The notes under the pieces are model-generated. The model was not told the origin of the DNA and ran no database searches. It saw only the letters and a program-made list of their open reading frames with translations. From NCBI RefSeq assembly GCF_009914755.1, contig NC_060929.1: 64,000 nt of DNA. One strand, given 5' to 3'. Below, one piece after another: positions 27,781 to 41,454 of this stretch (within the stretch, counting starts at the first letter, position 1; every line of letters starts with the position of its first letter). The position numbers and the translations under genes are program-made. The stretch is from the human T2T-CHM13v2.0 reference genome, Homo sapiens.

Positions 27781-29437
27781 TTCCTGAGACCAGGAAAGTC
27801 AGTTCCAAATCCCTACAAGGGAGATGCCCAGCTGACCACCTTCACTTTTGATTTTCCTGCTTCCAGTAATCTGATGATTTAGTTTAACAATAATCTTCTT
27901 GCTTCCTGAGTTGTGTCTCCCTAAGTAAGGAGAAAAGAAATGTTAGTGTATTTGTTAGCGTGCATCTTCTGATCCTAGTGTATTTGTCAGTGTGCTTCCC
28001 TTTCTGAGATTCAGATGTGCATTTCAGTGAGGTGTCTGTCCCCAACCACCAGACAAAGGAGAGTTTACTTAATGTTCTGCTCTTTGGTTGAGCAAAAAGG
28101 CCATAAAAGAGCTATTGATCCCCCCAGCAATATATAACTAATTCCTTTTCTAATCCATAAGAGCCAAGGAGAGCTAATTCAATCTCACAATTCATTAGCT
28201 CATCTATTGTCTGAGATCTAAAACAGATGCAAGACCATCAGTTGAACACAAATTGCCATTTTGTGCAGCCCCAGCTTCAAGCTGGTCCCTTGTGGCTCCC
28301 ACCATTGAAACCCATTTGCAATTATTTCCATGGAGTTGAGGAAACGTGTTCCTGCTTATTAGCTAATCAGCACCACCACAGTCTACCATTCTAATTTCTC
28401 CTCACAAGGGTCTTCCTTTCCTGTGGATTCTCCCATGTTGTTAGGGTTGAGCAGTTTCTCTCTTCCTGAAGACAGTCACCAGGGTACAGCTGATGCACAG
28501 TCAGGCCCAAGCTTGTGACCAAGGCAATGATGATGACCTGGGGCCATATGGAATTGAGTAGCTTGGCCATGGATGCACAGGTCTGGGTGAGGCAAAACTG
28601 GAAGAGGTTCGAGAAAAGAAGGCAACTAGGAGACAGAATAGTTAGGAGAGAGAAGAATTCCCTTTCCCTGGAAGACTCCCTAAAATCAGACTGCAGAGAT
28701 GCACCATGAACAGAATGAGGGGAGCAGGGATGATAACTTTCAGGCCAGCTTCTTGGGATGTGAAAGAATGGAGGGCACCCAAACCTGGGCTCACTGTCCC
28801 CAAATACTTTTACACTGTGGGTAGACAATACTTCATTCCCTGAATTCCAGAGCACCATAGTTCCTGTTCCTGTGAGTATTGATAGTCTGTGTTTATTAAT
28901 ATTTGGGGATAAGGGTGTATTTTAAGGTTGCCTGGCATATAGGAGGGAGTTAGGGCAAAGGAGACCCCCACATACCTTAGATACAGATCTATAAGGCATC
29001 AAATTAAGACAACTCAAGACAGGAAGGATTCAGAGTCAAAACCACACAACCCGACAGGATGGAGGCTACAGGTGTGCCCAAGATACTGAACTCCTCAGTG
29101 CTCAGGGTGGTCAGGCCTGGTCACATCTGGCTGCTAGTGGTTCACAGTTACTGCAATGGGCTAGGCAAATATGATCATCTTTCTGTGTGCCATATGTAAA
29201 GAGCTTGGGAAGTGCTGTTTTAACCAATCTTTCTCTTCAATGACAAGGGTAAGGCAAAGTGACATAAGCCCAAGAAAGCAGAATCCAGTTCTGCAATGTG
29301 AGGCATTAAATGGGATTGAGAGACTCCCAAAGGGACTCAGAGGTCAGGCAGAGAATCTGGGAGACTGAGAGGTCAGAACTCAGTGAGTGGCCTGAGAAGT
29401 GGGCATGAGTGACCCGTAAGAAGAATGGATCTTCACC

Positions 29438-29535
29438 AAGTGTTCAAGGCTGCAGTGAACTATGATTGCACCACTGCACTTCAGCCTGGGCAACAGAGCG
29501 AGACCCTGCTCCCCACTCCCCACCTCCCAAAAAAA
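29438..29535 (+). mobile_element. 5'-truncated Alu (end of right arm)
   Basis: aggctgcagtgaactatgattgcaccactgcac with TSD aagaaga(a/g)tgga. Confidence 0.75.
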
Positions 29536-29774
29536 GAAGAGTGGAGCTTGATACTGACCCATCTGTACTCACTTCTGTGACACCACACTACCACCCTGGG
29601 CTGTGGCCTGACCAAGACCAGACTGAAAGAGTGGGTAGATTCTGTTTCATGGGAGAATCAGGTAGGCACACTAGGTTCAAATGGGAAATGCCAGATTTGG
29701 TAGCAACGCAGCACAATAAGGGCCATTGTTCTCCATATTTCTCTTCTACGATAATGTCAGATGCTGACATTATA

Positions 29775-30129
29775 TGATATGGTTTAGCTGTGTCCCCACC
29801 CAAATCTCATCTTGAATTGTAGTTCCCATAATCCCCATGTGTCATGAGAGGGACTCAGTGGGAGGTGGGAGGTGGGTTTTTCCCATGCTGTTATTTTGAC
29901 AGTGAATAAGTCTCATGAAATCTTGATGGTTTTATAAAGGGCAGTTCCCCTGCACAATCTCTCTTGCCTGCTGCCATGTAAGATGTGCCTTTGCTCCTCC
30001 TTCGCTTTCCACCATGACTGTGAAGCCTCCCCAGCCATGAAGAACTGTGAGTCCATTAAACCTCTTTTTCTTTATAATTACTCAGTCTCAGGTATATCTT
30101 TATTAGCATCATGAGAACAGACCCATACA
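29775..30129 (+). mobile_element. THE1 (MaLR) solo LTR
   Basis: tgatatggtttagctgtgtccccacccaaatctcatcttgaattgtag...ataca. Confidence 0.9.
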
Positions 30130-30184
30130 CTTCCCTTGTACTCATCATATTCAGTGTCCTTTCATTTCCCAACATCCACCCAGT

Positions 30185-30590
30185 TATCTTACTTCCCCAA
30201 AGCAAAGCCTGAGACAAGGACTTGGATGCAAGTAGTTTATTTAGGAGGTGATCTTAGGAAATAAAAGCAAGAGAATAGGAAGGGTGAGACGGGAAGAAGA
30301 AAGGCAAATCTGGCAGTGTGTTATAGAGCTTGCTGCTGTGGGCAACTGGGGCTCAACAATGCTGGGACCTCATACAAAGCATGCAGAATCCTCCCAGATT
30401 GGTGCATCTGAAGCATGGGAGGCCCAGTGGTCTTAACTCCTTTGCACTTCAGAGCTGTGCATAGGTGAGGGTGCTCTGGAACAGAGGGCAGATAGATGCA
30501 TGGCATGTGCTTGAGGCAAGGGGACTTTGAGCACATACAGAACTTAAATGGGCCTTCGGGAATGTGACATGGGCACCAGAGGTGTCTGCT
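30185..30590 (-). mobile_element. Old ERVL LTR (LTR33-like)
   Basis: cctgagacaaggacttggatgcaagtagtttatttaggaggtgatc. Confidence 0.55.
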
Positions 30591-30619
30591 TCTTCAATTG
30601 AAGAGGCTAGGTTAGAGCC

Positions 30620-31090
30620 GTGGTTCTCCAAGTGTAATTCTTCAGAATAGCTGCATCAATATCACCTGGGAACTTATTAGAAATGCAGATTCTTGGTTCT
30701 GAATCAGAAATTCTGGGGGTGAAGCCTAAGAATGTCCCATACACCCCTCCAAGTCAGCCATCACCCCCACCCAACCCCTAGAGGCAACCACTGTTCTTAA
30801 TTTTTTCCACTGTAGACTGATTTTGCCTCTTTTCAATTAAAAAAAAAAAGAATTATATAGTAGGTACTCTTTTGGGTAAAGCTTCTTGCACTCAGCATAA
30901 AGTTTTGAGATTTTTTTTCATATTGCTGTATCAATAGTTTATTCCTTTTTATTGCTGAGTAATATTCCACTGAATAAATATATCAATTTGTTTATTCATT
31001 TGTCTGTTGATGGATGCCAGATATGTTTCCAGTTTTTGATGATTTTGAATAAAGCTGTAATGAACATTCTTGTACAGGCTTTTTGGACAG
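30620..31090. mobile_element. MER5A fragment (~30620-30725) followed by a minus-strand L1M 3' fragment
   Basis: atcacctgggaacttattagaaatgcagattc, then ttattcctttttattgctgagtaatattcca. Confidence 0.6.
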
Positions 31091-31358
31091 GTACCATACT
31101 TCTTGCAGGCTAATAATAATATAACACATTATGACTGCCTCACCTCTAAACCCCATGGTTATATAACGCTGTATTCTGTGGAAATGACTCTAACCCAATG
31201 GCTCTCAAATTTTAGTGTGCACATCACAGCCTTCTTGTGTTTCAAAACACCAGACAGCATTGTAGCCCTGCAGTTGAGGGCCATTTGAAATAGAAAAAAC
31301 ACCAAAACAAACATGCAAAAGACATGGCACTAAACAGGCCTTGAAAAGGAAGGCAAAA

Positions 31359-31665
<307 letters not shown>

Positions 31666-31835
31666 GAAAGTATCTCATCGTTGGAACATATGTATAAGGA
31701 TGACTGGAATTTTTCAGTACTCTGTGCATGTCTGCAAAAGTGTTGCCACAAACAAATTTTATCAAGTAGGTACATTTGCAAATATGGAACTGCAAATAAT
31801 GAGGATCTATTCTATTTAGAACTTGAAATTTGATA

Positions 31836-31999
31836 CTTCTTTCTTTTTTGAGACAGGGTGTTGCTCTGTTGCCCAGGCTGGAGAGCAGTAGCCTGATCAT
31901 AGCTTACTACAGCCTCTAACACTTAGGCTCAAGCAATCCTCCTGCCTCAGCCTCCCAAGTAGCTAGGACTACAAGGATGCAACACCACATCCAGGTAAT

Positions 32000-32062
<63 letters not shown>

Positions 32063-32313
32063 AGAGACAAGGTCTCACTATGTTACCTATGCTGGTTTCA
32101 AACTGGCCTCAAGTGATCCTCCCACCTTGGCCTCCCAAAGTGCTGGGATTCCTGGTGGACACTACCACACCCAGCTAATTAATTTTTTTTTTTTTTCAGA
32201 GATGGGGTCTCACCATGTTGCCAAGGCTGGTCCTGAAATCCTGGTCTGGAGTGATCCTCCCACCTCGGCCTTCAAGTGCTGGGATTATAGGCATGAGTCA
32301 CTGTGTTCAGCCC
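31836..32313 (-). mobile_element. AluJ-like compound element (dimer plus extra arm) with (TA)n in the linker
   Basis: Three Alu arms in reverse orientation. Confidence 0.75.
32003..32058. repeat. Pure (AT)n microsatellite, ~28 units
   Basis: Read directly from the sequence. Confidence 0.97.
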
Positions 32314-33133
32314 ATGTGGTAGTTTTTAATCAATGTTTCCTCTACCCGCTTTTTCCTTCACGCTAATCTTACCTCTTTCCCATAGGGGCATGAATCCTCC
32401 ACTTCCAGAGTGGATAGTATTGAGATATCCCTTTGGGGTCTTTATGATAACCCTTTTACATGCTCCTCCCAGGGCAGGAGAGGGTGCTTCTGTTGGTGAA
32501 AGTTTGATGGCCATGAGACTCCTATTAACTGAGGTTAATAGGTTGAGTGGTCCATTTCTCTCTGTTTCTTTCTACTGCATTCCCATCTCTCTTGAGCTTG
32601 AAGCCTGGAGTTCAGAGAACCACTGGAGGGAGGCCTGCAGATCTCCAGCTACTTGCCATGGGGGGATGCAGATGTGAAGGGTAGGAAAACCCTTTTTCCA
32701 TTTGCACCCAAGACATGCTCTCCAAGCCAGCTTCACCACTACTGAAGCCGATATTTTGATCTGGCTGATTATGTGTATTCTCAGTTTGATTAGAAATCTC
32801 AATTAGAGGAGGATGATTAATCCAAACTAACACACCAGTTTTCCATTTTGCTTGCTTTTGATTTATTGCCTCAGTTCTAGGATCGAAACACCTTTGTCCC
32901 CAGGGGCTGGTTTAAGACTCTTTTGAGCTGTGCTCATTATCCTGTATCCCCTTCAACATCAAGATTCTTTAATCAAGCTGGTGTGCTTTGAACCCTGATG
33001 TATTTTTTAGTCCTTTTGAGGTTTTCTGACCTACCTCATCAGTCCTTTCGAGAAGTCTGAATTTTAGTGAAAGCTTGGTTTTACTCAACCAAGATCCCCT
33101 GCTACTCACTACAAGGTGATAATTGTTTTAGTG

Positions 33134-33360
33134 CAGGGTTTTTCAACTTTGGAACTATTGACATTATGAGCCAGACAATTCTTTGTTGTTGAGGGAATGT
33201 CGTCCCACAGAATGTTCAGCAACATTCTGGGCCTCTGTTCACTAGATGCCAGTAGCACTCCCTCCCTCCCCCACTGCCCAGTTGTGAAAATCAAAAATGT
33301 CTCCAGACATTGTCAAAGATCCCCTGCGGAACAAAAATCACTCTCAATTAAGAGCTACTT
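33134..33360. mobile_element. MER20 (hAT-Charlie)
   Basis: actattgacatt...cactagatgccagtagcac...aaaaatgtctccagacattg. Confidence 0.85.
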
Positions 33361-34154
33361 TTCTAGTGGAAAATGTACCCAGTATAGTGGGAGCAGAGTA
33401 TAACGGAAAATGGACCCTGTCTTTCTGGCAGCGTCAGGGTAGGTGTCCCAGGGGAAGTAGCATTTGAGCTGGGCTTTGCAGTATTAGAAAGATCTCATAG
33501 TCACAGATAGAATAATTTGTAAGGTATAATCAGGGAGGTATCCATGGCTCTCTGTGATGCCTTCTTGACCAAAACTACATTTCCTACTATTCCTATTCAT
33601 GCCCTCAAACATCCTAGGGATCACCTGGAGAGGCCTGGCTCTTCCCTACCTCTATGGTTTTGTTTATTCCATGTGAGTAGACTCTATCACTATATGTACA
33701 AATTCTGCTTTTGCTAGTTGCATTTACTGAGCTGTACACCCATCTTTGAATAAGGATTGAATTCCCAAAGCAAATTCCCCTAGAGATGGGTCATTTTCTC
33801 TTAAGCATTAGGCCTACACTTTGGATAGATGAAGGAGTAGGTTCTGCTGTGAGCAGCATGAATATGTTGAATTCAGTGTTTTGGGGAATTTTAGGCATCA
33901 CTTCAGATTATCATATGGTGGAGTGTGGCAGTTGTTGCACATTCATGAGAAGAGACCGGCTTACCTGGGATGTGACTCATCTGATGATGTACTGGTCTAG
34001 GGGTAGGGTAGGAGGGAATCTGGAATGAGTGTGGGAGGAAGAAATTGACAGCATCCTTTCCCAGGTTGCTAAAATCCATAGTAACACTGGTGGGTGGTGG
34101 GAGTCTCACAGCAGGGGTAAAAGAATCACACAGAAACATCAATGAGTTTGGCTA

Positions 34155-34160
34155 TTTATT
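34155..34160 (-). terminator. Polyadenylation signal AATAAA (probable distal ADAMTS12 site)
   Basis: tttatt on +. The minus strand downstream reads gatgtttctgtgtgattctttt, a GU-rich element. A second AATAAA lies at 35996-36001. Confidence 0.65.
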
Positions 34161-36222
34161 GATGCCACACAGAGGGAGGTTATGATTACAGTCTGGTTTT
34201 AAGTACTGAAATATCCACCAAGGTACCCCTTGAGGAGGCTGGGTAGAAGGGGAAATGGCAAAGCAGCACAGAGATGCAGGGAGGGCAATGGGCTGGGCCG
34301 TGTATGTCATACAATTATTTTGGAGGACAATGATGGGTAGGATTGTGCTTTACCCACCATGTTTTTTAGTAACATAACTTAGAATACTACTTGAATAAGC
34401 AGTACAGACAACAGGAGTAGCATCAAATATGTTAGCTAGGTTGTAACACCAGGCAGTTCATGTCATGTGGCCTCTCCTTCAAAAGTGAATCACTGTGGAC
34501 CAAGCACCAGAAACATCGTCCCAAAGATTCATCTTGAAGTCAGAAAGGAGAAGAGCTAAGACCTGCACTCTCTGGAGTAGCAGTGTGCAGCTTTCAGAGT
34601 TTGGAAGATTTTAGTCAACTAAATGGGATGTTATTATCTAAAACAATATAATCTCTCACATTGTGTTTCAGATACTGGATGAAGGTTATCAGAAACATTC
34701 ACTGACTATCTGAAAGCATCACAGTGGGATGTCAGCGGAGACGTGGCTGTCTCAGGAGATTGGACGGAGGTGTGCTCTTCTTTAAGAAAACCCATCACAA
34801 AACAAAGCATTCCTACAAAGGAGGCACTGAAACGATTTCCTGATTGAAGAAAGTAATCACTATTAAGTCTCCTGGAATATTGTTCTCTCGTGGTGTGTTT
34901 AATTACATTTTCATGTTTAAGAATTATATTAACCCACAACTTTCCAGAGAAGAGCTAAATATACTACTGTGAAAGACAACGTAAACCAAACTGGGTTTTA
35001 GAACGTTAATGTAGTTAAGTACCAGGCCCTGCGATGGCCCTCTCTATTTCATAGAGATATGTATCCAGTGTCTCCTGATACACTTCTCAGTTGCTTGATC
35101 CAGGTGAGAAGAAAGAAGGGCCTAGATAAAGTAAATCAACAACTCTGCTTCATATCAGCACCCAAGTATCAAAGATGTAAGATACCATGCAGGTTCCTGT
35201 CTTCAGAGTCTTCCTGTTGATCTGAGTCCCCTCTTGTACAGCAAGCACTGGGACATGTCAAAATACTGACGACTCATCACTGAGTGATCGCCAAGGCAAC
35301 AGATGATACCAACAGGACAGAAAACAGCAAGCCCTGTCTTCATTCTGGAGTCAAGAATGATGGACATCACACAGCTGTCTTACAACATAGCTCCAGAACA
35401 GGAAGCAAATATCCATGGCAAATAATTAGGAGCCAATGTTCTGCCTTTGAGAAACTGGAAAAAGACCTAGAATGGAGCACCTGGCCAAACTCTCTCCACA
35501 TGTCTACCATCTTCTCCACCACGTGGATTGTAAATAACGTGGTCCATTTTGTACACGGAGAAATTTGGCCTAGTTTAGTTGGTTGAGGTCAGTAGGAATC
35601 TGAGTTTGTTCCTGAGTTTTGTAAGCCTGGTCATACCCAGGTCTCTGATGACACGTATTTGACCCTATGCTAGTACAGTACCAGGTTAAATCAATCTAGC
35701 TTACTAAATGAATCCCCCTGAAAGACTACACTACACTTCAGGGACAGTCTTTGCAAACTGCCTCATTAGTAAATATCAGATTCTCCTCCACTCATGTCAC
35801 TAACAATTTAAGTGTCTCCTCTCCTCGAAAACCATTATTCACCAGAGATTGCTATCGGCCAGCAATGTTTATGTTTAAAGGCAGAGAATACAATAATGTA
35901 ATTATCATCTAGAAATAAATTCTCTGGCTTTAGGTAAACATTTGTACTTTCCTCCTGTTTCTGGTCTATCTTGAATTTCATCCCAATCCCACTGTTTTAT
36001 TTTTCACAGGAATTCATGAGAGTAATACACGTTAATGGCTTGGAAAAAAATAAAAAGCACATAATATTAAATCTTAAATTCAAGGTACCCAAGCAATAAA
36101 ACTGGCATTGGTCAGCAACACCGTTACATGTTTAACAGAAGATGTATATGGAGAGTTTCACATACACTTACCCATTTGTATGCCTATCTATGTTTACATT
36201 AATTCTGCCACCATCTAGATAT

Positions 36223-36247
36223 TAGCACCATTTTTTTAATAGCACCA
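36223..36247 (-). promoter_or_regulatory. Two tandem miR-29 8mer seed sites (UGGUGCUA)
   Basis: tagcacca on + at 36223-36230 and 36240-36247. Confidence 0.65.
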
Positions 36248-37442
36248 TTCTGCTGAACGGATAGGTAAAGGGAGACGTGGGATATTGTGTTCCATGAGGA
36301 GTATTAAGTGTATCTGTGCATGAGTCAGAAAATATGCTGCCCATCACATGAAGGCCACATCCTTGCCTTTCTCCCTGTCAAGAATTGGTTCTGATATCTT
36401 CTTTCATTTGAAGCTTATGCCCCTCCACCCACCCACTTACCCTCTTTCTCTGGGTTCAGTTCATGTAAGTACCTTCCCTTAGAAATCACTTTGTCTAGAA
36501 ATTTGCTCTGAATTTGAGACCAAGCCTACTTTGACTTCTGGTGGGAGGTAGGAACATCCAGAACAAGCATTCTAACTTTCATTTCAGTTTCTTTGGACTC
36601 CCTGATTCACCTGTTCTCCCCAAAGTAAAAGATCTTTAAGACTAACTACATATTGGGTACACTGAGGAGTAGATCCCCTTTACCTTACTTTTTAGAAATG
36701 TTTTTTCTCTAGATTAGAAGTTTGCACTATGTTCTTGTACTTAGTACAATTTACCTGGTTCTTTGAAATATTTTAATATGGAACCTCCATTTTCCAACCT
36801 GAGAAGAGGTGAGGACAGGTGGCAGCCCTAGAGCTGGTCATAGTGGTCTTTGCATATACAGCCCCTGCAGCAAGACGATGGTGGGACCTGAGCTCAGGCC
36901 TCCTGTGGGGACTGGAGGATGGGAGGAAGTCAGCCAGGAAGACACATTTTCCCTTCTGCAAAGGAGTGTGTATTTGCCAGGAAAGTGGGAAGAATAAAGG
37001 CCCACAGTTCCTTTTCTGTAATATTAAGAAATTGATTTCTGCTCATTTGCATTTTACGAGTTTTCATAGAAATGCTCTTCAAACCAGAAGTGTTTTCTGT
37101 GTAAGTGACCTAAACCCCTTAGGCTGTGTTTCTTATGCCTGTTTCCTCTTAGTCTAGTGTCCCAAGGTTGGCAGGAGACTCTAAGCAGCCCAGATATGGA
37201 GCCCTACAGGGATGGAGGAAGAGACTGAGGGATGTAACCAGCACTTCCTGCCCTAGTTGAACATGGGGTGAAGAAAGCAGTCCTCTGCCTGGATGAATTA
37301 AAGGAATGTTCCTAAAGCTCCGCTGTGACATTTTAAATAGCAGCTGCCCCAGGCAGGGAGGCAAGAAAAAAAAAAGAAAGGTATTCATCAAGATAAATTA
37401 AGAAGATTATTTGTCCCCTGGGTAAGTGTTGCCTGATACTCT

Positions 37443-37450
37443 TGAGGTAG
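37443..37450 (-). promoter_or_regulatory. let-7 8mer seed site (CUACCUCA)
   Basis: tgaggtag on +, within the 3' UTR. Confidence 0.5.
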
Positions 37451-37795
37451 TCAGGGAAATAGCTGGTCTCTTTGTTTTTATCTTTAAGGGAGAACAAAAA
37501 TACAGTATTTCACAAATCTGTCTAACCTGGCACCTTTCCCAGGAGCCGATACCAGGTGCTGCCTGATTCTCCTAGCTATTTCACCTTCCTATCAGGGAGC
37601 AGCAAGTACGGCAGCCTAGGCCTCCTGTGAGGGACATTCGGTGGCTAGAGGAACACAATGGATTTTGTTTCATCATGACCCAAAGCTGAATCTGAAATAT
37701 ATGAAGCAAAACCTCAACGAAGCAGCTCCCAGGGCTAAAGCATGTCATGGTCAGCAGGCTGCTGCAGTCTGGTGGAAGCTGGCTTCCTTTTGGGC

Positions 37796-37974
37796 TTAGA
37801 GTTCTTTTGACTTTTGGAGCAACCGTTGCCTTCTTTGCCTTTGGGTGTGTGTGATGTGTGTCTGGGGACACGAGAAGCAGCACTCAGCCCTCACGGTGGG
37901 CACAGAACATTTCTTCATGGCTTTCAGTGTCTGGCAGAAACTGGCTGACAGTTTGTCCTTAGTGCAAAGTAAAT
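37796..37974 (-). CDS. ADAMTS12: ADAMTS12 terminal exon, coding part (PLAC domain, TAA stop)
   Basis: Acceptor ccacag|AT completes the split GAT codon. Translates [59 protein letters not shown], with the PLAC cysteine pattern. Confidence 0.95.
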
Positions 37975-38189
37975 CTGTGGAAGGAGAAAAAGAATAAGAA
38001 AAAAGTCCAAAGATTATCCTTTGTGGATATACAAGCACAACTTCTATTAATGTAAGACTTTATATGTCTACCAAGAAAGGAGCCATAACAATTCATAATA
38101 GGTGGTATCTACTGAATGTTTATTATGTATCAGACGCTGTGCAGAGTGTTTATGCTAAACTGAATTATCAGTCACAATTCTTCACTCCC

Positions 38190-39115
38190 ATGTAATTGTT
38201 TTATACAGAACATTCCCTCCTTGCCATGGCTGCCTAGTGGGTGGAGAATCCTTCCCAACTACTTGCCTTTGGGTTCAGCTCTGTGACTTGCTTTAGATAA
38301 TGGGATGCTAGTAGACACGATCTCTGCAGTGACTTGGAATGTGCAGGAGGACAAGCCTTCCCTGATGAGCTTCTGCTGTCACCATAAGAAGAACCTGGCT
38401 GGTGCAGCCACCAAGGGTGATAAGAGACACATGGGGCAGACCTGGACTCAACCTACAGTTAGCAGCCAAGGTCAACCAAAGCCAAGCTCAATCATGTGAA
38501 CCTTGGCTGACCTATAGATGCTCAGCAAAAAATACATGACTGTGCATTATATGAAAAAGACACACACACATGCATGTTTATAGCAGCACAATTCACAATT
38601 GCAAAGATATGGAACCAACCTAAGGGCCCGTCAACCAATGAGTGGATACAGGAAAATGTGGTATATACACCCCAGGAAATATTACTCAACCAGAAAAAAA
38701 AAAAAAAGGAATGAAATAATGTTTTTTGCAGCAACTTGGGTGAAGCTGGAGGCCATTATTCTAAGTGAAGTAACTTCAGGAATGGAAAACCAAATATATG
38801 TTCTCATTTATAAGTGGGAGCTAAGCTATGAGGACTCAGAGGCATAAGAATGATATAATAGACAGGGGGCCCAGGGAGGAAACTTGGGGGTGGTAAGGAA
38901 TAAAAGACTACATATTGGGTATAGTATACACTGCTTGGGAGATGGGTGCACTAAAATCTCAGAAATCGCCACTAAGGAACGTGAGTTTTGGTTATCCCCC
39001 ACAACTACTTTGGTACCCCCAAAACTATTGAAATTGTAAAAAAGAAAAAAATACATGACTGTAGTTTTAAACCCGAGTGTCGGGGTGCTTTGCTATGCAG
39101 TATTGCTATGGAAAT
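38190..39115 (+). mobile_element. MLT1 LTR interrupted by an L1 3' end
   Basis: gtgacttgctttaga..., resuming after 39062 with gttttaaacc...tgctatgcagtatt. Confidence 0.5.
38544..39045 (+). mobile_element. 5'-truncated L1PB-like element
   Basis: 17 bp TSD aaaaaatacatgactgt (38527-38543, 39046-39062). 3'UTR motif gatgggtgcactaaaatctcagaaatc. Confidence 0.85.
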
Positions 39116-39159
39116 AGTTGAATGCAGTGTCTTCCATGCTTCACTACATTTCATCTTTA

Positions 39160-39330
39160 CAGTGCTACTAGCAGACAAGTATTTTTTCCATTTCACAAAT
39201 GACGAAAGTAAGGCCTCAAGTAGTGAAGAACTTGTATAAGGTTGTCCAGCTGATAAATGGCATAGCCAGATCTGAACACAGGCAGTCTTAACTCTAGAGC
39301 TCATGCTCTAATCAATCATACTATTCAGAG
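39160..39330 (-). mobile_element. MIR remnant
   Basis: ccatttcacaaatgacgaaagtaaggcctca...tctgaacacaggcagtct. Confidence 0.6.
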
Positions 39331-39371
39331 TGTCAAGCCAACAACCCGTCAGCAAAATAACCAATGCTTCC

Positions 39372-39740
<369 letters not shown>

Positions 39741-40482
39741 TTACCATGGAGGTGAAGGCAGAAGATATGTACAAATAATTCCCAGAGTAAGTATACAATT
39801 AGTCACCTGAGTTCTAACCCTTGTTCTCCTCTAACTAGCTCTGGGAAAGTGTGTCCTTTAATTTTCTTGGCCTTGCTTTTCCCATACATGAGTCAGGGAA
39901 CGAGAGTGGGTTGCTCAGGGACCACCCCCACACATTTGTACGGGTGGTTCTCAGATGGCACTGGCCTACACGTTCCAGGTCTGTTAAGAATTCAATTAGA
40001 TTTTTTTTTTTCTAGAAAGTGAAGTTGTTTTAAGCTTGCCTTAGGTACTTCTTGGAGCTCTCATCTTTCTTTCTCCTTTACAGAGAAAATATTTTCATAG
40101 TTCTGAAGAAAAGCACTTTCATAAACAGGCCGCTGTCCTTTGTAAAGGGAACAGTCAGGAAAAGTAGAAATGGAAATAATAGCCTCTCCACCCCAAATTT
40201 GCGACAGTATCTTTGCATCTCTATGCTTTTTTCACCTTTAGATCATAAAGGCAAAAAATTCTTTTTATCTCCTCAGAACTCCTTATTCTCTTAACTGTGC
40301 CTTATTTTTGTGAAGAAATGAATGTCTTCTGTTAGCTTCCAGAGTCCTGTTTGGTGCTGAAGTTTTAAGTGCCCTTAGGAATTGGTAACATATAATGCTC
40401 CTAGATTCCAAAATCTGAGTCTTCAGCTTTCCTTCTTCAGGCCTCTTCTTTAAGCCTCTTATAAAAACCCTGTCTCTCTTAA

Positions 40483-40833
<351 letters not shown>

Positions 40834-41454
40834 TTGTTTTTCTTTTTGTTTCAGATTTTCTCCTCAAAATTCAACTTCAGAGAGTACATGTTTTGACCAA
40901 GCATGTCTCTTGTGGAATATCCCTTCCAGCTCTTCATCTCCCTCATCCCAGCAGAGCAGTGGGTGTTGTTCACTGGACCTGGGCCATGCACTGTGTGCAC
41001 TGCTGATCGGAACAAGGCAAGGCTTCCTTCCCGGGCTCTGGGAAGCCCCCTGGCAGGGCAGTCCAAGCATCACAAAGCCGCCCCAGTTTCTTAGCCAGCC
41101 TCTCCTGAAGTCTCTGTGGATGGAGGCTGGAGAGGGCACAGGTGGGGCGGCTCTTTGCCCCACAATCTCGTCGCTGTGTCTGTGAGTGCTCTAGGGTTGC
41201 TGGCCAGGAGGAGAAAGACAGAGGAAGGGTGGAGGCTCAGCTGACAGCAACCGTTCCACAAAGCTTCTTCTGGCAGCGCTGACCCACATGAGTCCCCTCT
41301 GTCTCCATCTCCAAACAGGCATTATTGTATTACACACTCGGGCACGGCACCATACTCTCTCTTGACCTGCTCTGTAAATTGAGCATAAGCCTCTTCTGCT
41401 AAGGGCAAAGGTATCTGCCATTATAAAAAGGACCTCTAGGAGGCCCCCCAAAGG

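Larger units (their letters stand above)
34135..37795 (-). other. ADAMTS12: ADAMTS12 3' UTR (~3.65 kb, 3' end approximate)
   Basis: Repeat-poor stretch after the stop codon. It ends at an AATAAA followed by a GU/U-rich element. Confidence 0.7.
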
